DNA of 64,000 bases, from positions 42,904,001 to 42,968,000 of the forward strand of contig OX597833.1 in assembly GCA_951406725.2 (NCBI GenBank). Direction: 5' to 3'. Below, piece after piece: positions 54,592 to 64,000 of the stretch (positions are counted from its first letter, which is position 1; the number at the start of each line of letters is the position of its first letter). This DNA is from Octopus vulgaris (taxonomy: Eukaryota). The translations under genes were made by a program, and so were the position numbers. Below the pieces are notes generated by a model. The model did no database searches. It was not told where the DNA came from and worked only from the letters and a program-made list of their open reading frames with translations.

Positions 54592-54699
54592 CTCTGAAGA
54601 GGCCGTGGGGCATCCTTGTTAATGCCTCATTTATACCTGCCTTTATGGCTTATAGGTTAAATGAGGTATGACTGCCCTCACTGCCGAAACAGCTGTCAG
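54592..54699 (+). ncRNA. Hammerhead motif with 85-nt stem II (right arm)
   Basis: ct-CTGAAGA (54594-54600)-ggc...gcc-GAAA (54686-54689)-cagctg-TC-ag. Core fully canonical, GUC triplet, palindromic stem III, weak stem I. Confidence 0.78.
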
Positions 54700-54876
54700 T
54701 TTTGATTAATTGCATATCATATTTGAAATTTTTTACTTATATCTCTTTATCTTTTTACTATTAATGTATATCTCTTTTTGTATAATGCCACTCATATGTA
54801 ATGGTGTATTAAAGTATTGATTGGGTATCATCGGATAGTTGATGTTTTATTGATTTAAGTATGTTTCTCCATTCTC

Positions 54877-54943
<67 letters not shown>

Positions 54944-55096
54944 CTTTGAGAAAGCTGGAACACAACAGATAAGTTCGACACAACCAAAATCTGGCTCAGT
55001 AGTGGATTCCCCTCCACTCTAATATCGAGTGTAGTACGATGCAGGCCGCCAAACTCGGGATAGACTAAAGTGCCGAATACTAGCTAAGTAATAACA

Positions 55097-55143
<47 letters not shown>

Positions 55144-55151
55144 TAAACAGC

Positions 55152-55287
55152 AAACGTGTGGTATTCAAAGCTTAATAGGACATACACACGTTTCAGCGAA
55201 ATCCCGAAATAATAAAGAAATTATTTCGACAACTTGATGAAACGCGTGTATGTGTGTGCTATAAAACTTTGAATGCCTCACCTGTTT
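55152..55287. repeat. ~135-bp imperfect hairpin (MITE-like palindrome)
   Basis: ggtattcaaag/ctttgaatgcc, catacacacgtttca/tgaaacgcgtgtatg and cgaaataat/attatttcg nest as one stem; a diverged half copy lies at ~55441-55494. Confidence 0.7.
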
Positions 55288-55497
55288 TTTGTTATTATGA
55301 CTTTCTCAGTGCCTCTCCTCCCTCTCTCTCAGTCTCTTTCTCTTTCTCTCTCTATATATGGAAAGAGTGATAGAGAGAAAGAGAGAGGGGAAATAGAAAG
55401 GGAGAGAGAGAGAGTGCATAATAAATAGAAAAAAGTGGGAGGTATTTAAAGCTTTAGAGGAAATGTACGCGTGTCACTTAAATACCGAAATAATGTG

Positions 55498-55531
<34 letters not shown>

Positions 55532-55567
55532 AGTCTGTGCGTGCGTATGTGCGTGTGTATGTGTGTA

Positions 55568-55736
55568 CAGTGTCGTCTTAAGGTATAGGCACAATGAATG
55601 GTTACCTGGCGACTTAATGGTCTTAGGGACCTAGTTATGATCTATGTACATTGTGGCTTGCTGTCAATAGATAAATACTGTAAGGCCCAGTGAATTGACT
55701 TGCACAGGACCAATAATGCTTGTTAAGACGGTTCTC
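55568..55736. mobile_element. Decayed hAT-like MITE
   Basis: CAGTGTCGTCTTAA ... TTAAGACGGTTCTC imperfect TIRs; no TSD recognised. Confidence 0.45.
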
Positions 55737-56059
55737 ACAATGCCGTTGCTGACATTGTTCGCAGGGTAGGTAGTACTGTTGAATTTGGCGGGGTGGTGTT
55801 TGGTGTTGGTATTGGTACAGCTGCACGTAGTTAATTTGGTTGATGGCGGTGTTGCTGGTGTTGATGGTAGTATCAGTTTTGTTGTTGTTTTTGTTGATGG
55901 TGCTTTAGAAGTTTCGCCGGGAACCGGCTTTGTCAGACTGATTCATAATCCCAATAACCAGCAAGACTTTCTTTTCTGTGCGAACGAGCACGTGTGTGTG
56001 TGCGTGCGTATGTGCGTGTGTGCATATGTGTGCATGTCTGTGTGTGTGAGTGTACGTAC

Positions 56060-56460
56060 CTGTACACCTACCCACCTATACCTACCTACCTACCTACCTA
56101 CCTACCTACCTACCTACCTACCTACCTACCTACCTATCTACCTACCTACCTACCTACCTACATATCTACCTACCTACCTACCTACCTACCTACCTATCTA
56201 CCTACCTACCTACCTACCTACCTACCTACATACCTATCTACCTACCTATCTACCTACCTATCTACCTACCTAGCTACCTACCTAGCTACCTACCAACCTA
56301 CCTACCTGTCTACCTACCTGTCTACCTATCTACCTGCCTACATACTTGCCTACCTACCTACCTACCTACCTACCTACCTACCTACCTACCTACCTACCTA
56401 CTTACCTACTTACCTACCTACCTACCTACATACCTATCTACATACATGCATACATACATA
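56060..56460. repeat. Long (CCTA)n microsatellite grading into (CATA)n
   Basis: Directly visible. Confidence 0.97.
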
Positions 56461-56461
56461 A

Positions 56462-56670
56462 TACATGATGGCTGCCCCCTCGTTATCGAGTATGGTCATT
56501 GCATGAAGCTTTACTGTTATTGATGCTGTGATCGAATGTGACTTATTAGCCCAGCTAAAGATCTACAATGTCTTGTACAGAATTGGCGGCTAAAACCTTT
56601 ACCTGCAATAGCCTACTGTAGTTGTAACTGGGCTTCATGTACCTTTGCATGTTAAGTCCTCCTGCCGAAC
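56462..56670 (-). mobile_element. RTE-clade LINE 3' end
   Basis: Reverse complement of 4488-4718. Confidence 0.75.
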
Positions 56671-57124
56671 ATATCAGAGGATTCGAATGACCCGTCCATT
56701 TTTTTTTGTGTCGTCTATTTGAATGTTTTGCGTTCTTGTCCCATTTTGTATTTTTATATATATTTTTTATATATACATACATACATACATACATACATGC
56801 ATACATACACATACATACATACATACATACATACATACATACATACATACATACATACATACATACATACATACATACATACATACGTATATGCATGTAC
56901 ACCGAAGGAGAGATACAAAGAATTTGAATTCGAATTTGAAATACCTTAAATTATGTTACATAGGACTTGAATAACTTGGAGAAGCGTGGAGAGCTACGAT
57001 TTGGAGTGATGTTAAAATTGTGAGCTTGACAGTATCAAGTTCGCTGAAATGAAAAGAATATTTCGTAAAAAACAAGATTAATATCAATTTTCGTTGCAAG
57101 ACTTTCTCATTCTTTCTTTTATTA

Positions 57125-57338
57125 TTTTATTTGTTTCAGTCATTTGACTGTGGCCATGCTAGAGAACCGTCTTTAGTCGTGCAAATCGACCCGAAGACTT
57201 ATTCTTTGTAAGCCAAGTACTTATTCTATCGGTCTTTTCTGCCGAACGGCTAAGTGACGGGGACGTAAAGACACCAGCATCTGTTGTCAAGCGATGTAGC
57301 GGGACAAACACAGACACACAAATATATACATACATATA

Positions 57339-57411
<73 letters not shown>

Positions 57412-57557
57412 GACGGGCTTCTTTCAGTTTACGTCTACCAAATCCACCCACAAGGCTTTGGTCGGCCCGAGGCTATAGTAGAAGACACTATAGAAGACAC
57501 GCAGTGGGACTGAACCCGGAACCTTGTGGCTGGTAAGCAAGCTACTTACCTCACAGC
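57125..57557 (-). mobile_element. SINE family B with expanded internal (TA)n
   Basis: Matches 10650-11052. Confidence 0.9.
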
Positions 57558-57849
57558 ATTGTTTTTTTTATGTACAAAAGTATGCATGTCTCATGCTAGT
57601 ATGAGATTGCACCAGCGTGCACATGTAGGTAAAACATAAATGAACTATTGGAATTTCATTCCGGGTGACTAGATGTAATGCAATGTCTGTTAAGAAAACC
57701 TGCAATTCATGTGAAGGATTGAAGCGGCACTTGAACATTCATAAGAAACAAGCGAAAAATGGATCCAATGCTGCAATGAGACACTGCGGCTGTATATGAT
57801 TGCAATCAGCTCTTCAAACGTCTTTCAGGGTTCAAAAGTCGTTTAAAAT

Positions 57850-58136
57850 TTCACGCAAGGGAAGAGCAATTATATGTGCAAGAAGAGCTGAAGCTCTGCA
57901 AGGAGCAGGTAACCACCATTTATTCATATACCAGCATGTATGTCCAGATTATAAAATCATACCTTATACCAATAATAATTGGTGCACGCAGTTTTGTGAG
58001 GAAATGCTTAAGTAACAATCTAAACAAGTTTGGGTTTCCAGAAAAAGAAATCAACCAATTAACTCACGCATTACAAGTACAATCCGTGAGTGGAACAGTA
58101 AAAATATGCAAGATTTTTCTCAAGTTCAAAATGTGA
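57850..58136 (+). mobile_element. RLE-type (R4-like) non-LTR retrotransposon C-terminus
   Basis: IPIIIGARSFVRKCLSNNLNKFGFPEKEINQLTHALQVQSVSGTVKICKIFLKF resembles the P(I/V)IIGALG...Q....GT..I tail. Confidence 0.65.
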
Positions 58137-59364
58137 ATTTGTTTTTAGTTATCTACATTCCAACAATGGAGCTTTGTATATTTGTTAGGAACCAGCCCCT
58201 ATACATGTAGTCCCTTTACACATACGTTAAAGGTTAGAATGATCCCCCAGTTAGCGTTTTTTAAATACCTAAATACAAAAACTCATTAAAATAAAATATA
58301 CTACACACATAACAAACAAACCCCTACATACATAAGTAAAAGATATATATATATATGTAATGTATGTATATAAGTATGTGTTTGCTCGCGTGAGTATATA
58401 TATATATGTACAAATTAAGTAGATATAGCAATATCTCCATCTATCTGTCTATCTATCTGTCCATCTCTATTCATACACACACAGACACGCACACACACAT
58501 ATATATATATATGCATATATATATATATATTTATGAATATGTATGTATGTATGTATGTATGTGTGTATGTATGTGTGAGTCTGTGTGTGTACACATAAAT
58601 ACATATAAATACATACACATGTGTTATGTGTGATAGCTGTTAGTTAAAGGAAAGGGGCTATACAGGAGTTGCTGGTGTCTATTTGGGCGGTGGTGAACAG
58701 TAGCAGTCTTTGATATAGTTTACACCTCCTCACCACTATCCTTTCACTTACTACATCACATCCATATTATATTTTACGATTTTTATTACTGAGGAATGAG
58801 GAAAGCATAAGATGATCGCAATGATGATGATGATGATGATCATGATCATGATGATGGCGACAACGATGACGACGACGACGACGAGGCTGATGATAAAGAT
58901 GATGATGATGACGGTTGCGGCTAAGACAACGATGAGGAATAGACTGGTTTTGTGTAGGAATGGAAAATGATCAAAGCGTTAGAATAGAAGAGAGATGGGG
59001 AGAAGTGGAAAGGAAAGGCGGGGGGAAAGGGAAGTAGAAGAAAAATGACTAAGAAACAGAAGGAATAAAATAACAGATTAAGGAGCTGGGTGAAGAAGGA
59101 AGTCACATATGGAAGAGGGGCGTAGTATGTAGAATGGTGGTGGTAACACTAGTGTTAAACTAGTGTTTCTGACGGTGTCGTTCCCATAATGTCATGGCTT
59201 ATGTTTGTGGAGTAGTGTTGGATGTTATGGTGTATAGGCAGAAGTGGTGTCGAATGCTGTTGTTCTTAAAGCCCACTTCAGTATTGAACGAATAGAATAC
59301 GCTCAAAATTGTTCCCACCGTGACCGTCCCAATTTTTCCCTATGTTTAGTTTACTAGGGACCTC

Positions 59365-59787
59365 GGATCTTTTCGGTTTGAACGGCAGTTTTTTTCTAGC
59401 GGTGTCATATGAAATTGTCACCCATAATTATGACCCTAGTATCGATCTATTGCATTTCAATCTGTTTTAGGGTTAGGGTTAAGGGTGGGGGAAGGGTATC
59501 TTTTTTTCTTCACAAATGTAAATAAACCCAATCTGTTTCTTAAACGAGGGACATATTCATACGGCACAGAATATTGTTTACCTCAATGGACGTCAGTGAT
59601 TGGTTGAAATTGCAGAAATTGAAGAAAAAAAAAACAACAACAAATATCTTACAAACTATAGAATTTTCTCAATAAAGCCAAGAGAAAAAGATACTTTATA
59701 AACACATTCTACCAGTATACGAAGTTTAAAAGTGTTTAGTTACGTGGAAATTATTTTAAAAAACTGCCGTTCAAACCCAAAAGATCC
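59365..59787. mobile_element. 423-bp MITE with ~30-bp TIRs and 8-bp TSD (Merlin-like GG...CC termini)
   Basis: GGATCTTTTCGGTTTGAACGGCAGTTTTT / AAAAACTGCCGTTCAAACCCAAAAGATCC (1 mismatch); TSD GGGACCTC (59357-59364 / 59788-59795). Superfamily is inference. Confidence 0.92.
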
Positions 59788-60714
59788 GGGACCTCATTAT
59801 CTAACGCAATGTTTTGGCGGTACGTTCAGTTAGAGGGACATATATCTGTTGCTTCTAGCACACCTAGCGACCACATGGAGCTCATGGAGGCCTCCTTGTT
59901 GGCTTGTGATGGTGGTAGTGGCGGTGCAGTCATGGTAATGCTTGTGTAGTAGCGTAAGTGGTGTTGAACTTGAGAGGTGGAGCTTACGGTGTATTTATAG
60001 AAATAGCGCTGGATACTTTCAGTACTGAACGAGTAGACTAAGGAACGAAATGGTTCCCACCGTAACCACTCCAATTTTTTCCTGTATTCAGCTAACATGG
60101 GGCCACATTATCAAATGCAATATTTTGTTGGTACGTTTAATTAGAGAGATATATATCTGTTATTTCTAGCACTTTAAGCGACCACATGGGGTACTACAGG
60201 CTTCCTCCTTGGCTTATTGTGGCGGTGGTGATGGTGTAATGGTAACGTTTGTGTGGTAGCATTAGTAGTGGGGAAGTGTGGTGGTGGTGTTGGGGGGGCT
60301 CGCATAATGGTAGTTATAGTAACGATGCCGTCAGTGTGGAGTGGGGTGGGCAAGAATGGTATAGTAGGCAAGAAGTGGGTATAGGAAGCAGGGGTGGTAG
60401 CATGGCGGCAAGGAATGGTATGGTGGGCAGGGAATGGCAAACGTTCTATTATTTCCCAGAAGTCGTCGTTTCTTGAGGAATGCTTACCAGATGTTCTCCA
60501 TCTTTCGCGCCAAACCTCCACCCTCCCTCCCTCACGAGCAACCGCCACCACCACTGCCACCATCAATACAGCCTCCGCCGCTGCCGCCGCCAGTTACGAC
60601 TACCTTGTCTTCAACTCACGTGACACCCATATCCCACCCCGTATGAACCCAGTTTTAGTCAAACCCCTACCACGTGCTTTATTCCTCTCCCCGTTCGTCC
60701 CTCTTTTTCTCGTT

Positions 60715-60752
<38 letters not shown>

Positions 60753-60821
60753 CACACACATGTATATATACACGTACACATGCATGTAAATATGTCAATA
60801 TGTATATATAATATATATACA

Positions 60822-60920
<99 letters not shown>

Positions 60921-61110
60921 GTATATATATATATAAACGCACAGAGGCATACACATACATAAATGTACGCATACATTCATAAATGTAAATATATGAATAC
61001 ACATATATTTATATTCTTCAGTTTATTGCCGTTCTTGTTGTCTTTGTTATAATTGTTTCCTTACTTCGTATTTTTCTCGTTATCTATTTCGATAAGAAAC
61101 TTACATATAT

Positions 61111-61176
<66 letters not shown>

Positions 61177-61342
61177 CACACACACACACACACACGCACA
61201 CACACACACGCACACACATGCATGCGTGCTACATATTTATTTCTATATGTATCTTTGTGCGTATGTATGGATGAATGTACCTATGTATTTATAAAGATAG
61301 CTAGATAGACAGTTAGCTAGCTAAATAGATAGATATATAGAG

Positions 61343-61379
<37 letters not shown>

Positions 61380-62013
61380 CGACTGAAGTTGGGTGTGAGT
61401 GTTTGGTGTATGATACTTATGAATATATATATATATACGCATTTGTATGTATGTCAATCTCTCATTCTTTTCCTTCTTTCCTTTCTTTCTTTCTTTCTTT
61501 CTTTCTTTCTCTCTTTCTCTCTCTCTCTCTCTTACGAATACATGAGTACCTCCAAGACCCAACTGCTTCTGCATTATCCCAAACCTCCACTGGAGTATTT
61601 TTCCTTACGAAGACTGAAGTCCTTGAATAAGGCGGAAGTCAACAACGGCGTGGCCATGTTCTTCAAGGGACAACCACACTGAGTCTGTTTCCAAGATGGT
61701 GGATCATCGTCTACCCAAGATTGTGTTGTATTACGAGTTCTGCTCTGGCAACCATGGGAGAGGGCACCTCAGCCATGTACAAGTTCCTTTTTGGTGCCTG
61801 TTACATTGGCCATCGCCAGAAGTCTGCAATAACCACTAATCACAAGGCTTGGAGAAATATCAATCTTTTAGTTCCTTATCTTTTACTGCAGCCATGCAGG
61901 GAAACCTCCTTGGAGGGTTTTAGTCAAACAAATCGACCCCAGGACTTATATTGTAAGCTTAGTACTTATTCTATCGGACTCTTACACACACACACTCACA
62001 CATACACACACAG

Positions 62014-62045
<32 letters not shown>

Positions 62046-62052
62046 ACAAACA

Positions 62053-62380
62053 TGTTGTAGGGAATTAGTAATAATAGTACACCTCTCCAACATGACGACT
62101 GGAATGACCAGTCACTATAAGTAAGGCGACGTCCGCCAGTATCGAGACAGTGCTTAGAGTACGAGAGTGCCTGTTAGACTGTGATGTTAGCAGTGTCTAT
62201 ACTGATCTAGTAATTATACTGCGATACTGAGTGTCGGGCGTTATAACGATCCGACCTTTTGAGGATAATAACTCTGTACGACTTGGGGTCGAACAGTGCC
62301 AGATAGAAACATCTATCGATGACTTCGGAATATAACAATATCTGTCAGAGCGACAACCTTCGTACAAGACAGATACAACA
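62053..62380 (+). mobile_element. 5' LTR of a Ty3/Gypsy element
   Basis: TGTTGTA...TACAACA perfect 7-bp terminal inverted repeat, followed by PBS-like gTGGCAACAG and then gag. Confidence 0.85.
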
Positions 62381-62499
62381 GTGGCAACAGACCGCTTTAT
62401 AACAGAGACGACAAGGATTCAAACAACTCAACAAGGATTTAAACAGCCCGACGAGGTTTAAACAACTCACGAGTTGACAAACTTACAAAGTTTTGCTGT

Positions 62500-63459
62500 G
62501 TGAATTTTACGTAAATCGTCAAAATTATGCTCGAGTTGCAAAAACAACAACAATAACAATTGAAGGAACAACAACAACAGATTCAACTGCAAGAGCAACA
62601 ACAAAAGCAACAACAACTAATTTTGCAACAACAAATGCTGCAATTAATGAAGTCGTCAGGAAAGTCAGAAAAAGTGTTCTTGCCAGACAGTGTCGAGATG
62701 TCAATAACTGAATTGAAATACAAACTTGACGGAGTTACCTTCGAAGTATACAACTGAAGTAATGAGCAAATCTTCGAGAAAGAATGTAAAGATTGGGTCG
62801 ACAAAATGAAAAGGCACTTAATTTTGAGAAAACTGGCTGCAACAGGACACGAATGGTACAGTAATTATTATGTACTTCCAAGAAAACCTTCGGACATAAA
62901 TTTTAATGACACGATAAATATGTTGTGTATAATTTTCAGTGAAAAAAAATCTCATTGTTCAACATACATTGAAAGTGCCTGAACATAGAGAAAAACAACG
63001 ACGACGAAGACTTTGTTACACATGCTGGTAGAGTAAACAGGGAATGCGAGAATTTTAAGCTGGATAAATTAACTCCAGATATGTTCAAATGCCTGATTTT
63101 TACACAGGGACTGACTGCCGAAAAGGACGCAGAAATTAGTACTAGAATTCTTGCAAAGCTGGAGCAAAACCAGGATGTACCTCTGCAAAAAGTGTCTGAA
63201 GAATGTGAAAGGAAACTTTCGTGTTTAATGTGAAATGATACTGTGTCGCATTCAAGATACGACACAAGAAATTGAACATGAAGATTGTTTTCAAGTAAAA
63301 CCAGTGCGGAATAGTCTAAATAGAGATAAAGTGTCTTCTAAAAAAGACGACAAATATCAGGATAAAAATTCATGATTTTCACGAGGTGGTATGCACTTAA
63401 GGAAAAATTGTCTATTTAAAAAAGCGAAGTGTTTTCGTTGTGGTAATATAGGACATATT
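62500..63459 (+). pseudogene. Frameshifted gag of a Mag-like Ty3/Gypsy retrotransposon
   Basis: Q-rich N-terminus, DGVTFE, YVLPRKPSDINF, KCLNIEK..DEDFVTHAGRVNRECENFKL..LTPDMFKCLIFTQGL..EKDAEI, knuckles GGMHLRKNC and CFRCGNIGH. Confidence 0.88.
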
Positions 63460-64000
63460 ATTTCGTCTGTCTTTACGTTCAGAGTTCAATTTCCGCCGAG
63501 GTCGACTTTGCCTTTCATCCTTTCGGGGTCGATAAATTAAGTACCAGTTACGCATTGGGGTCGATGTAATCGACTTAATACCTATGTCTGTCCTTGTTTG
63601 TCCCTCTGTGTTTAGCCCCTTGTGGGTAATAAAGAAATAGGTAATATAGGACATATCATTTTGTCTATCTTTACGTTCAGAGTTCAATTTCCGCCGAGGT
63701 CGACTTTGCCTTTCATCCTTTCGGGGTCGATAAATTAAGTACCAGTAACGCACTGGGGTCGATATAATCGACTTAATCCGCTTGTCCCCTCTGTGTTTAG
63801 CCCCTTGTGGGTAGTAAAGAAATAGGTAATATAGGACATATTATTTCGTCTGTCTTTACGTTCAGAGTTCAATTTCCGCCGAGGTCGACTTTGCCTTTCA
63901 TCCTATCGGGGTCGATAAATTAAGTACCAGTTACGCACTGGGGTCGATGTAATCGACTTAATCTGTTTCTCCTTGTTTGTCCTCTCTGTGTTTAGCCCCT
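63460..64000 (+). mobile_element. Tandem array (at least 3 units, runs off the window) of 5'-truncated family A1 SINE plus target sequence, inside gag
   Basis: GGTAATATAGGACATAT recurs at 63442, 63640 and 63825, each followed by the same truncated SINE. Confidence 0.93.

Larger units (their letters stand above)
53390..54883. mobile_element. Penelope-like fold-back element: ~605-bp near-perfect inverted repeat (53568-54177 / 54280-54883, 102-bp spacer), flanked by (TA)n
   Basis: The arms are reverse complements apart from a few small indels; each contains an HHR. Confidence 0.9.

Noticed and set aside
59467-59490. Interstitial telomere
   Set aside because: Only 2-3 TTAGGG units, and they are internal to a MITE.
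60394-60789. 131-aa GC-rich ORF as a host exon
   Set aside because: Low-complexity (GGT/CCA/GCC) sequence that runs into (CA)n, with no recognisable domain.

Overview
AT-rich, gene-free animal genomic DNA, most likely a coleoid cephalopod such as Octopus. That assignment is inferred from the repeat families and the extreme microsatellite load, not from a search. I find no credible host exon, and almost every ORF in the supplied track is a microsatellite read-through. The window is a mosaic of (TA)n/(CA)n/(CATA)n/(GA)n tracts and mobile elements: about four tRNA-headed SINE families (one forming tandem arrays), decayed RTE, CR1, Tx1/L1 and R4/Dong-like LINEs, mariner copies, hAT- and Merlin-like MITEs, a Helitron-like element, the 5' part of a Ty3/Gypsy (Mag-like) element, and Penelope-like (GIY-YIG) fragments. 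The most striking signal is about 15 minimal type-I hammerhead-ribozyme (HHR)-like motifs (CUGANGA...GAAA, short or palindromic stem III). They sit in several unrelated short non-coding elements that are often in inverted or tandem pairs and often embedded in (TA)n. Examples are a ~1.3-kb near-perfect palindrome with an HHR in each arm, and a Penelope endonuclease fragment whose tail carries a tRNA-like Pol III promoter plus an HHR remnant. All calls were made by eye; coordinates of decayed elements are approximate.
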